Assembly: GCA_049512315.1 (NCBI GenBank)
Contig: JBEKXF010000003.1
Span: 124,001 to 187,569, forward strand
DNA length: 63,569 nucleotides
Direction: 5' to 3'
Source of the DNA: Candidatus Aminicenantales bacterium
GTDB lineage: Bacteria > Acidobacteriota > Aminicenantia > Aminicenantales > Saccharicenantaceae
Below are positions 38,281-47,300 of the stretch, in pieces; positions within the stretch are counted from its first letter, which is position 1, and every line of letters begins with the position of its first letter. Below the pieces are notes generated by a model, which had not been told where the DNA came from, did no database searches, and worked only from the letters and a program-made list of their open reading frames with translations. A program made the translations under genes and the position numbers.

Positions 38281-39075
38281 TTAACGGGACGCGTTCAGCT
38301 GGACCTCGTCCCCCGGTTCGACGGCCTCCCGGCAGGTGAGGACCTTGACGGTCGAGGTCGCGCCGCGGACGTCGATGATGATCATGCTCCCGATGGCCTC
38401 CCGCGGGAGGTCGGGCTTGGCGCGATGGAAAACCGTGAGCTGGTCGCCGATCTGGACACACTGCTGCCGGCCCATGTTGATCAAGACCCACTGCCCCGCG
38501 CCGGCGAGACGGAGGGCCTGATCGACATAAACGACCTGGCCCTTCTTGCTGGCGTTCGGGTCCATCACATCGTAGCCCTTGTCTTTCCCGACCTCTCCCT
38601 CCCCTTCCTCGAACGGCAGGAGGTAATCGCCCACCCGCGCGGCCCAGAAGCTTCTCTCGATCCTGGCCACGGCCACTTTCTCCTCGAGGCGGACGACGCG
38701 CGCCCTGGCCCGGCGCCGGGCCACCGTCCCGTAAGGGGGGACCTTGTCTTCAAGCCCGATGATCTGGAAGAGCTGGCCGATCTCGAGGCCGCCGGCCTGC
38801 CCCTTGCTGAGGTAGATCAGGTCGAAGTCGATGAGTTGATCTTTCTCGTTCATCCGCTCGGAGCCGATGATCCGGAGGTCGGGAAGCGGCTTCCCCTCCT
38901 CCAGCATGAAGAACGACCCGTAGAGGTCTGTATCGTTGATCAGTTGATAAGTGTCTTCGAAGATCTTGGCCTTCTGGATCTGGTCCTGAGCAAAGGGGCG
39001 GCCCGCGACGAGCAGGCACAGGGAGACGAGGGCAAGAGAAAGACGGCTTAGGGAACATCCTTTAAGGTTTTTCAT
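38281..39075 (-). CDS. Secreted hypothetical protein with two small beta-barrel domains (FlgT-C / TsaP C-terminal-like, no LysM)
   Basis: Signal peptide ending PFA; repeated D.IYLSKG..GGLE.GQ and WVLINMGRQQCVQIGDQLTVFH...IG...IIDV...TST.KV..C...VE.GD pattern. Confidence 0.55.
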   Translation of the reverse strand: MKNLKGCSLSRLSLALVSLCLLVAGRPFAQDQIQKAKIFEDTYQLINDTDLYGSFFMLEEGKPLPDLRIIGSERMNEKDQLIDFDLIYLSKGQAGGLEIGQLFQIIGLEDKVPPYGTVARRRARARVVRLEEKVAVARIERSFWAARVGDYLLPFEEGEGEVGKDKGYDVMDPNASKKGQVVYVDQALRLAGAGQWVLINMGRQQCVQIGDQLTVFHRAKPDLPREAIGSMIIIDVRGATSTVKVLTCREAVEPGDEVQLNASR

Positions 39076-39113
39076 GGTCACACCTCTCGGCCGATGGAGT
39101 CGCACTTGGCGCT

Positions 39114-39143
39114 ATTATAAAGAGCAATTGTCGCCGCTGTCAA
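39114..39143 (-). promoter_or_regulatory. Consensus sigma70 promoter
   Basis: Minus strand TTGACA-N18-TATAAT upstream of the gene starting at 39075. Confidence 0.65.
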
Positions 39144-39291
39144 TACCATCTTCAGCCTCCGCCAGGAAGCGGCCCGCGTCGTTCCCGCCTGGTCCCGGAC
39201 GGGGGGACTTCCGGTCCGCCGCCATTAGACAAAAACCGTCACTTATATTAAAATGGGCCGTCCGTTAGCTTTAGTCGCGACGAGGGACCCG

Positions 39292-40356
39292 ATGTCCAAA
39301 AAAATTGTGGTCGCCCTGATTTTCGGAGGCCGCTCGGCCGAACACGAGATCTCCCTGATCTCCGCCGGGGCGATCCATAGGAACCTGGACAAGGCTAAAT
39401 TCGAGGTCCTTTCGATCTACATCACCAGGGACGGCCTCTGGAAGACCGTCGAGGCGCCGTCCACCGACCTGGAAGCCTTGGCCAGGGGCGACGCCTTCTC
39501 CTTTCTTCCCTGGGAGGTCAGGGGAGCCGTGTCGAAGATCCCTGCCGACATCTATTTCCCCGTCCTCCACGGGCCGTACGGAGAGGACGGGACGATCCAG
39601 GGGTTGCTCGAGATGGCCGGCGTCCCCTATGTCGGAGCCGGGGTCCTGGGGTCGGCCCTGGGCATGGACAAAGCGGCGGCCAAATCCCGTTTCCGTGAGA
39701 GAGGGCTGCCCGTCGTTCCCTGGCGGGTCATCCGCGAGGAAGAGTGGCGCGGCGGGGGGGAGGGGATCCTCCGCCGGATCCGCAGGGATTTCGCCATCCC
39801 TTTTTTCGTCAAGCCGGCCAACCTCGGGTCGAGCATCGGGATCACCAAGGTCAAGGACCGCGGCCAGACCGGGCCGGCCGTGGAAACGGCCTTCCGCTAT
39901 GACGGGAAGATCCTCGTCGAAAAGGGCATCCTGGGCCGGGAGATCGAGTGCAGCGTTCTCGGCAACGAGTCCCCGGAAGCCTCGCTGCCCGGAGAGGTCA
40001 TCCCCTCCAGGGAGTTTTACGATTACAGCGATAAGTACATCGACGGAAAGACGGGCTTCGTCATTCCCGCCCGGCTGCCCCGCCCGATGACCGAAAGGGT
40101 CCGGCGCCTGGCCGTCGAGGCCTTCAGGGCCGTGGAATGCTCGGGAATGGCCCGGGTCGACTTCTTCATCGACGGCCGGACGAAGCGCCTGTACGTCAAC
40201 GAGGTCAACACGATCCCCGGCTTCACCGAGATCAGCATGTACCCGAAGCTCTGGGAAGCTTCCGGACTGCCGTTCCCCCGGCTCGTGGAGCGGTTGGTCG
40301 CCCTCGGCCTCGAACGGCACAAGGTCCGAAAAGCCTGCGTCGATCGGGGCCTTTGA
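39292..40356 (+). CDS. ddl: D-alanine--D-alanine ligase
   Basis: FGGRSAEHEISL.S, LHGPYGEDG, MDK, VKPANLGSSIG, FYDY..KY, NEVNTIPGFT..SMYP. Confidence 0.96.
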   Translation: MSKKIVVALIFGGRSAEHEISLISAGAIHRNLDKAKFEVLSIYITRDGLWKTVEAPSTDLEALARGDAFSFLPWEVRGAVSKIPADIYFPVLHGPYGEDGTIQGLLEMAGVPYVGAGVLGSALGMDKAAAKSRFRERGLPVVPWRVIREEEWRGGGEGILRRIRRDFAIPFFVKPANLGSSIGITKVKDRGQTGPAVETAFRYDGKILVEKGILGREIECSVLGNESPEASLPGEVIPSREFYDYSDKYIDGKTGFVIPARLPRPMTERVRRLAVEAFRAVECSGMARVDFFIDGRTKRLYVNEVNTIPGFTEISMYPKLWEASGLPFPRLVERLVALGLERHKVRKACVDRGL

Positions 40357-40796
40357 TGAGGGTTCTGGGCATCGACTACGGGGACCGCCACGTCGGCCTC
40401 GCCCTGAGCGACCCCCTCCTGATCACGGCCCAGCCGTTCGGCACCTACAAGCTCACCGGGCGGGAGGAGGAGGACCGGAAGTTTTTCCAGGACCTGGTCG
40501 CCCGCCACGACGTCCAGAAGATCGTCATCGGCGACCCGCTCCGGATGGACGGCAGCTCCGGGACCAGGACCGAGAAGACGCGGCAGTTTTCCGCCTGGCT
40601 GGAAAAGGCCGTCGGGAAGCCCATCGTCTTCATCGACGAGCGCCTGACGACCCGCGAGGCCCTCCAGCTCCTCCGGGAAGGGAACGTCAGAGGCCGGGAA
40701 AAAAAGGACCGCGAGGACCAGATCGCGGCCGTCATCATCCTCTCAACATACCTGGAGCGCAAGCGCGGTGGCCCGGATGGTCGTCAGGGCAGCTAA
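40356..40796 (+). CDS. ruvX: YqgF/RuvX family nuclease (pre-16S rRNA processing)
   Basis: TGATG overlap; LGIDYG...VGLALSD, IVIG.P..MDG, DERLTT, D..AA.IIL..YL. Confidence 0.93.
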   Translation: MRVLGIDYGDRHVGLALSDPLLITAQPFGTYKLTGREEEDRKFFQDLVARHDVQKIVIGDPLRMDGSSGTRTEKTRQFSAWLEKAVGKPIVFIDERLTTREALQLLREGNVRGREKKDREDQIAAVIILSTYLERKRGGPDGRQGS

Positions 40797-41787
40797 AGCC
40801 GCGCTCCTCGGGGCGCTCGTCCTGCTCCCGGCGCTCATCGGCTGGCTAACCAGGGAGTGCACGGCGCCGTCTCCCGGGCCGGGAGCGAGCGCTTTCTTCG
40901 AGGTCCAAAAGGGACGAAGCGTCCGGGCCGTCGCCGGAAGCCTCCGGAAGCAGAAGATCATCCGGAGCTCCCTGGCCCTGACCCTTTCTTATGATCTCTA
41001 TTATTCCCGGGAACGGCTCAAGGCGGGCGAATACGAATTCACGTTCCCGGCGAGCGCCAGAGAGGTCCTCTTCAAGATCTTCCGCGGCCGGATCTATCTC
41101 CAGCCGATCACGATCCCGGAGGGCCTGACGGGGAACGAGATCGCCGGGCTCGTCAGCGCCCGCGGCGCGGCGGACCCGAGCTCATTCCGGACGGCTTTCC
41201 ACGAGACCGCCCGCGTGGCCGAGTGGGACCCCAAGGCCCCGGACCTTGATGGGTATCTCTTCCCGGACACCTATTTCCTGCCGCGGAAAGCGACGGCCGG
41301 CGACTATATTGGAGCCATGACCGGGCAGTTCCGGAGGGTCTTCCATGAAGGGTGGCGGAGGCGGGCCGTGGAGCTCGGTCTGAGCGTCCGGGAGGTCGTC
41401 ATCCTGGCCTCGCTCATCGAAAAAGAAACGGCCCTCCCCGAGGAGCGGCCGCTCGTGTCGGCCGTTTTCCACAACCGTCTCCGGATCGGGATGAAGCTCG
41501 ACTGCGACCCGACGGTCATCTACGGGCTCAAGCTCGAGGATAAATATTCCGGTCGTCTCCTGAGCCGCGACCTCAAGTTCCCCTCCCCGTATAACACGTA
41601 CATCCATGCCGGCCTGCCGCCGGGACCCATTTGCAATCCGGGAAAGCCATCCTTGGAAGCAGCGCTCTATCCCGCGCCCGAAAATTATCTCTATTTCGTC
41701 GCCCGGGGCGACGGCAGCCATAGCTTCAGTCGCACGCTCGGGGAGCACCTCCGGGCGGTCGAAAAATATCGTTTGAAAAAAAATTGA
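40768..41787 (+). CDS. mltG: Endolytic transglycosylase MltG
   Basis: N-terminal TM; LKAGEY, TIPEG, GYLFPDTY, LASLIEKET, SPYNTY...GLPPGPI.NPG, YLYFV. Confidence 0.95.
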   Translation: MARMVVRAAKAALLGALVLLPALIGWLTRECTAPSPGPGASAFFEVQKGRSVRAVAGSLRKQKIIRSSLALTLSYDLYYSRERLKAGEYEFTFPASAREVLFKIFRGRIYLQPITIPEGLTGNEIAGLVSARGAADPSSFRTAFHETARVAEWDPKAPDLDGYLFPDTYFLPRKATAGDYIGAMTGQFRRVFHEGWRRRAVELGLSVREVVILASLIEKETALPEERPLVSAVFHNRLRIGMKLDCDPTVIYGLKLEDKYSGRLLSRDLKFPSPYNTYIHAGLPPGPICNPGKPSLEAALYPAPENYLYFVARGDGSHSFSRTLGEHLRAVEKYRLKKN

Positions 41788-41912
41788 AATCTGATATATT
41801 GATTCGTTCTTTGAGCCGAAACGCTCGCGTGAGGGTCAAAGGAAGGCTGTAAAAAACCTTTACAGATCCCACGGGGTTTTCTCGAAGGACGGAGGATTCC
41901 AGCCAGAGTGGT

Positions 41913-41928
41913 TGGCATGAGAATTGCT
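41913..41928 (+). promoter_or_regulatory. sigma54 (-24/-12) promoter
   Basis: TGGCAT-GAGAA-TTGCT, 45 nt upstream of ATG 41974, in an AT-rich intergenic region. Confidence 0.75.
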
Positions 41929-41973
41929 CTAAAAGAATATGGAATGGACAATGGCGTTTTTTAAGGAGGAAAA

Positions 41974-43125
41974 ATGAAAGCCTCAAGAATCGTTGTTCTC
42001 GGCCTCATCCTTATTTTCTCTCTGAGTTTGTTCAACGTCTTCGCCCAGGCGACGTCCGGGCAAAAACAAGAGCCCAAGAAGCAGGAAGCGAAGCCGCCGC
42101 AAAAATCCCTCATCCCCAAAGAGATCAAGGCGATCATCCAGGAAGGCCTGGCGCCCCGGCAGGGGCGTCAGGACATCCCCTTCACGATCTTCAAATATAT
42201 GGCTTTCCCAGCCAAGGATGGGATGTATACGGTCATCTTCTTCAAGGCCAAGAACGCGGACTTCGGCTACGCGGCCCCGGTTCCCGCCGCGCCTCAAGGT
42301 AAGCAAGCCCAGCCCGCCGCTCCGCCCGCCGGGACGCTCGAGGCCCGCTTTGCGCTGGTTCTCGAGTTCTTCCAGGCCGACGAAGCCGGAGCCCTGAAGG
42401 CAACCGGCGAAAGGAGCATTCCCGTGACCCTTCAGGCGGACAGCGCCGGCTATGATCCCGCCAAGGAAGAGTGGTACGCTCTGACTGTCGGACTGCCCTA
42501 TGGGAAATATACGATCGCCATGCTCCTCGCGCCCATCGATCCGAAGAAGGGGACCGCCGACATTAAAAGAGTCGGTGTCGGCTATTACGACATCACCCTC
42601 CCGGGGGTCGAGACCTACCAGAGCGCCATCGACACGACTCCCGTCTTCTACGCCAAGGACATTCAGCAGATGAATTCGTACGAGGCCAAGCCGACCGTCC
42701 ACCGGGGTCTCTTCACCTATTCCGTTCTCCAGATCGTTCCCAATATCGACAACGTCGTCACGGCCGAGGACAAGTCCCAGATCGAGGTCTTCTGCATCGT
42801 CCTCGGGGCCAAGGCCAAGGTGGAATCTTCCACTCAGCCGGCCTCCCAGCCCCAGCAGCAGACATACGACCTCGAGGTCAATTACGAGATCCAGAAAGGG
42901 GACGGCGCGGCGGTCATCAAGTGGCAGACCCAGACCTACGCCAGTCCGCTCATCGACCAGCCCCTGCCCCTGAAGCAGACCAAGGTGACGACCGACCAGG
43001 CCACGGGGAAACAGTCGACCTCACAGTCGGACCTGGCTTCCGGCAAGTATCAGCTGGTCGTCAAGGTCAAGGACAAGGTTTCCGGGTTCACCGTCGAAAA
43101 GAAAGTCCCGTTGGAAGTCAAATAA
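41974..43125 (+). CDS. Secreted hypothetical protein with two beta-sandwich domains resembling the C-terminal part of GWxTD-type proteins
   Basis: SD AAGGAGG; signal peptide ending VFA; LPYGKYTIAML and DLASGKYQLVVKVKDKVSG Ig-like strand motifs. Confidence 0.7.
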   Translation: MKASRIVVLGLILIFSLSLFNVFAQATSGQKQEPKKQEAKPPQKSLIPKEIKAIIQEGLAPRQGRQDIPFTIFKYMAFPAKDGMYTVIFFKAKNADFGYAAPVPAAPQGKQAQPAAPPAGTLEARFALVLEFFQADEAGALKATGERSIPVTLQADSAGYDPAKEEWYALTVGLPYGKYTIAMLLAPIDPKKGTADIKRVGVGYYDITLPGVETYQSAIDTTPVFYAKDIQQMNSYEAKPTVHRGLFTYSVLQIVPNIDNVVTAEDKSQIEVFCIVLGAKAKVESSTQPASQPQQQTYDLEVNYEIQKGDGAAVIKWQTQTYASPLIDQPLPLKQTKVTTDQATGKQSTSQSDLASGKYQLVVKVKDKVSGFTVEKKVPLEVK

Positions 43126-43170
43126 GAACGGGGACAACGGCCCGGGGGGCCCTCGCCGCGGGGCATGGCC

Positions 43171-44094
43171 TCAAGGGCCGCCCTTGATCTCGAAGATCTT
43201 CCGGACCTTCCCTTTGGACCCTTCCTTGCCCTTGATGATCACGTCGACGAAGTTCTTTCCGGGCTTCAGGGGGTAGGTGAACCTGAACGTGACATCCCCC
43301 GATTTTTCGTAGACTTGGTCCCTCGTGACAAAAGACTTGCTCTCCGTGGAGATGTCCCTTTTCGCGCCTTCGTTCTCATAGATGTAGAACTTGAAATCAA
43401 GGTCCACCTGGAGCTTGCCCTCGGCGTTCTCCTTGAGCAAGAGGAACTTGGCCGGGATGAGGACGACGAGCTCCTTCTTCGGCGGATCATACCTCAGCTT
43501 GAAGTCGACGGACCTTTTCTTGAAGACCGAATCCGGCCCGACCCATTGCCCGAGCTTGAAGAGATCCATGGCCCCGAAGAGATCCCCGGAATAGTTGCGG
43601 ATCTTGTACTGACCGTTGTTCCGCTCGTCGACGAACTCGACGCCGAAATCGTCGCTGTAATAGATCCACTGGATGATGGATCCCCGGACCGTCGAGTCCC
43701 CGTGGTTAAAGAATTCCTCGACCTTCTCGGGAGGGCCCATGAAGATAAAGATCCGGCCCCGGTCCGTGTTCATGCCCAGCCCCCCTTCGCGGAAATGCTT
43801 GTTGGCATAGGCGACCCGGCTCTCGTACTCCCTCTTGAAGACGTTGGTCCCGGAATCCGGGTCGGGGTCCCGCTTGTCCCAGAAGTCCTTGATGAACTCC
43901 TTCCGGGCGTCGGCGTCCGGCAGGAGCTTGAAGATCTTGCTCTCTTCGGCCGTCATGATGATCCGAGCCATCTGATAGAACTTCTCGCTCTCCGCGTCCA
44001 TCTTGGCCCCGGCCGGCCCCCGGCCGCCGCCTCGGGCCGCGGAGCTCAGGGCCGCCATCATCCACAGGATAAGAAGCGCCCTTTTCGCGTTCAT
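43171..44094 (-). CDS. GWxTD domain-containing exported protein
   Basis: IIMT.EE.K.F..L...R..FI.DFW.KRDPDP....N.FK.EY..RVAYAN..F...GMNTDRGRIFI.MGPP; N-terminal signal peptide. Confidence 0.88.
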   Translation of the reverse strand: MNAKRALLILWMMAALSSAARGGGRGPAGAKMDAESEKFYQMARIIMTAEESKIFKLLPDADARKEFIKDFWDKRDPDPDSGTNVFKREYESRVAYANKHFREGGLGMNTDRGRIFIFMGPPEKVEEFFNHGDSTVRGSIIQWIYYSDDFGVEFVDERNNGQYKIRNYSGDLFGAMDLFKLGQWVGPDSVFKKRSVDFKLRYDPPKKELVVLIPAKFLLLKENAEGKLQVDLDFKFYIYENEGAKRDISTESKSFVTRDQVYEKSGDVTFRFTYPLKPGKNFVDVIIKGKEGSKGKVRKIFEIKGGP

Positions 44095-44124
44095 GACAGC
44101 CTCCCCGCCGGCGCGTTCCCGGCC

Positions 44125-45039
44125 CTATTTTTTTAAATATTGAAGGAGCTGCTTGGCCACAGGGGCCTTCTCGTGGTCGGGGGCCAGCTGGAGGAACTTT
44201 TCCAGGTTGGCGATGGCTTCCGGGACCCTGTTCTGGCCGATCATGAGCGTTCCGATCTGGTAGTAGGCATCGGCGTAGTCCGGCTTGAGCTCGACAGTCT
44301 TCTGGAACTGGGCCAGGGCGGCTTCGGGCTCTCCCGTAGTGCTCAGGCAGAGGCCCAGGTTATAGCGGGCATCGGCGTTGTCGGGACTGAGGCTGACGGC
44401 CTTTTCGTAATAGGGCTTGGCATCGGCGAGGGTTCCCGCCCGGGCCAGGGCTTCCCCGATCTCCTTGTTGGCACTGGGGCTCGCCGGATTGAGCTCAGCC
44501 GCCTTTTTGAAAGCGGCCAGGGAATCTTCGAGCTTGTTCAGCTTCTTCCTGGACAGGCCGAGGTTGAGGTAGTACTGCCAACTCCCCGGGTCGAGCTTGA
44601 TGGCCTCCTCATAGACGGCGGCCGCGTCGGCAAAATTCCCGCCGGCGTAGAGCTTGTTTCCTTTGAGGAACAGCCGGTCGGCCTCCGACAGGGTTTTCTG
44701 GGCCGCGACGTCCGCAGGCTTCAGACGGGCTTCGAACGGCGTCGTCTCGTCGATGCTCACGCGGACTTCGTTCGAGCTCGGGGCGAAGCCTTCTTTCTTG
44801 AGGTTGATCAAGTAATTGCCGGGGGTCAGCCCGACCTGGATGAACTTGCCGTTCTTGTCGGTCGTGAGCTCGTAATGGACGCTCACCGTCCGCTGGGAGA
44901 CGATGCTGACGGCGACTTTTTCCAGGGGATTTCCGGCGGAGTCCAGGACGCTGCCCTGGATGCGACCCTGCGTCTGGGCCCAGGCCGCCGAAAGGGTCAG
45001 GGCCAGGAGGACGGCAACGAATCCGCTTTTTCTGATCAT
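44125..45039 (-). CDS. Secreted carboxypeptidase-regulatory-like domain plus TPR protein
   Basis: Signal peptide ending AWA-Q; GRIQGSVLD..G.PL...TTD.NGKF...GL.PG.Y...KEGF; about five TPRs; ATG 45039. Confidence 0.85.
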   Translation of the reverse strand: MIRKSGFVAVLLALTLSAAWAQTQGRIQGSVLDSAGNPLEKVAVSIVSQRTVSVHYELTTDKNGKFIQVGLTPGNYLINLKKEGFAPSSNEVRVSIDETTPFEARLKPADVAAQKTLSEADRLFLKGNKLYAGGNFADAAAVYEEAIKLDPGSWQYYLNLGLSRKKLNKLEDSLAAFKKAAELNPASPSANKEIGEALARAGTLADAKPYYEKAVSLSPDNADARYNLGLCLSTTGEPEAALAQFQKTVELKPDYADAYYQIGTLMIGQNRVPEAIANLEKFLQLAPDHEKAPVAKQLLQYLKK

Positions 45040-45049
45040 GGAGACTCTC

Positions 45050-47119
45050 CTATCTCTGTCCCAGGCTTTTTTTCGCCCTCTCCGCGAGCTCCCTGATCGA
45101 AGGCTGGTCCGGGACAAGTGACAGCGATTTTTGGAGGAGGGGCAGGGCCTTTTCCGGATGGCCGAGGTTCAGATGGCATTCGGCCGCCAGGTTCAGGACG
45201 CTGACCTCCGTGGCCTCGGCCTGGAGCTTTTCGAGATAGACCAGGGAGGAGTTCCAATCCTTCAAACCCGCGTAGTCGAGAGCGATGACCTTGGCTGCCT
45301 CCCGGTCCGGGGCGCGTTCATAGAAGGGGAGAGATTGCTTGAGGGAGTCTTCGAACCGGCCGAGCCCGTAAAGGGTCTTGGCCAGAAGAAGGCGGGCGGC
45401 CGGGTCGTCCCGGGCCTGCAACGCCCGCTCCAAAATGCCCCGGGCGCGCTCGTAATCTCCGGCCAGAAAATACTGGGAACCTATCGTCCTCAGGTGTTCG
45501 AGGCCGGGGAACGGGGCCCGGAGCCTGGAGTAGACCCAGGGCAAGACGGGGAATGGCTGGGCAAGGACGATGAAATTCTCTTTTTCGGAAAGAACTTTCT
45601 GCCCGGACGGCGCCAGGGCCGAAACCTCGGCCGTGTAGTATCCGGGTTTGACGTCGGCCAGGGAAAATGTCCCCGTCACGGACAGAGTCGCGGGGTCGTT
45701 TCCGGCGCCGGAGACATCGGAAAGCTGAAGGTGGCTCAGGCTCCTGCCGGTTTCGAGGGCGAAGACTTCCAGGACAAATGTGGGCGGCCCGGAGAGCTTC
45801 AGCCGGTCGAGATTCCAGGCCTGGAAGAAAATACCCATTTTCTCGGCCGGAAGGAACTCGTTCCGGGCGCCGACGAGATACTGGAACCCGTCGAACGCGA
45901 AGGCCTTGAGGCTGGCTTTCTGGGCGTCGGCGACGGCGTCCCGGCCGTGGGTGAGGAGCGGAACGCTGAGCCCGGCCTTCCCTTCCCCGGGGACCGAGAT
46001 CATGGTTTCGAAGGACGAGAAATCCTTGGCGGTTTTGTTTTTCAGGAGAAAGAGGGCCTTGTGCTCGCCGGGGATGACGGGTAGGAGGTCCTGGAAAGCA
46101 AAGCGCTGGCGTTCGTGGGTCTTGTACTGTTCGGCCGTCAGCTTCAGCGGGATCTCCTCGGTCCTCTCGAAGACCGGGAGCCCCTGGCCGTTCTCGAGCC
46201 GCAGGACGAGCTCGAAGCTGGCGTAGATCGAGCTTCCCTGGGTCGCGAAATTCATTTTCTCCGGCTCGATGGTCCAGGCAAGGAAAGGCTGCCCGGCCGC
46301 CTTGAGGACCTTCACCTGGAAGGCGCTCGCAAGGTAGCGATCGGAATATTCTGTTTCGACGAGATCCTTGTAGGAAAGATAGGAGCGGGCGTAGCCGTCG
46401 GAATACTTCTTTTCCGGGAACTGTTTGATGGCAGCGATGATGTTGTCCGAGGAGAAGCTGCCCATCCCTCCGGGCCTGTCCCCCGGGAGGTAGCTCTGGG
46501 CGGCTGAGGCCAGCTCGGAGTTGACCTTCTTGACGACCTGGAGGGCGGTCGAGCGCTGGGAGGTGTCGATCGACATCTGGGGGATGGTGAGCTTCTCCGG
46601 ACCCTCGATCCCCGGATAATAAAGCCGGTAATCCCCGATGCCCTCGGGCTGGTAGAAGATGAGGTAGAAATAGGCAGGCAGGCCGAACTCCTCCTCGCCC
46701 TTGTAGAACCAGAGCTCGCACGGCCAGATCTCGGAGTTGGTCGTGAAATAGCGGCGCTCGAGAGGCGGCCCGAGCAGAAGATAGTAAAAGCCGCGTTCCG
46801 TCTGACTGCCCCGCTTCGGGGAATAGTGGCCGAAGTACTGGTCGGCGAACCGGACTCGTTCCATGTACTCCTTCTTGAACTCGTTTTCCGAGGTGTCCGG
46901 GGTCGGGTCGCGGACCCGCCAGAAAAACACGACAAATTTGGCCCGCTCGGCGGCGGTCCGGAGCTTGAGGAAGACATCCTTCTCGGTCTTGGTGATGATT
47001 GGCGCAACGTCCTCGAGCCAGAGCCGCTCTTCGGGCGTCAGCTTCTCCTGGGCGGAGAGTGCGGCCGAGGCGAGGGCGACGGCCAAAACCAGCAACGGAG
47101 CATATTTCTTCATGCGCAT
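45050..47119 (-). CDS. GWxTD domain protein with beta-sandwich domains and C-terminal TPRs
   Basis: Signal peptide; WLEDVAPIIT..EK.VFL.L....ER..F...FW..RDPTPDT.ENEFK.EY..RV.FAD...GSQTERG..Y.LLGPP; C-terminal TPRs. Confidence 0.9.
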   Translation of the reverse strand: MRMKKYAPLLVLAVALASAALSAQEKLTPEERLWLEDVAPIITKTEKDVFLKLRTAAERAKFVVFFWRVRDPTPDTSENEFKKEYMERVRFADQYFGHYSPKRGSQTERGFYYLLLGPPLERRYFTTNSEIWPCELWFYKGEEEFGLPAYFYLIFYQPEGIGDYRLYYPGIEGPEKLTIPQMSIDTSQRSTALQVVKKVNSELASAAQSYLPGDRPGGMGSFSSDNIIAAIKQFPEKKYSDGYARSYLSYKDLVETEYSDRYLASAFQVKVLKAAGQPFLAWTIEPEKMNFATQGSSIYASFELVLRLENGQGLPVFERTEEIPLKLTAEQYKTHERQRFAFQDLLPVIPGEHKALFLLKNKTAKDFSSFETMISVPGEGKAGLSVPLLTHGRDAVADAQKASLKAFAFDGFQYLVGARNEFLPAEKMGIFFQAWNLDRLKLSGPPTFVLEVFALETGRSLSHLQLSDVSGAGNDPATLSVTGTFSLADVKPGYYTAEVSALAPSGQKVLSEKENFIVLAQPFPVLPWVYSRLRAPFPGLEHLRTIGSQYFLAGDYERARGILERALQARDDPAARLLLAKTLYGLGRFEDSLKQSLPFYERAPDREAAKVIALDYAGLKDWNSSLVYLEKLQAEATEVSVLNLAAECHLNLGHPEKALPLLQKSLSLVPDQPSIRELAERAKKSLGQR

Positions 47120-47300
47120 GGGGTCTCTTTCACTAAGATATCATACGCCCTACGGGTATTCAAATTCGGACCGGGCGGAAAGGGCGCTCCGGCGTGAATG
47201 AGCGTCCGACGTTCAGCCCTGCCGCGCCCTTCTCATCTCTATAATAATCGCTTGAATTGCGACCCTCGCTTGAATAGATTAATGACAGAGGGAGAGAATC

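Noticed and set aside
39292..40356. Possible D-Ala-D-Lac (Van-type) ligase
   Set aside because: The omega loop reads FYDYSDKY with Tyr, typical of D-Ala-D-Ala ligases, and there are no vanH/vanX neighbours.
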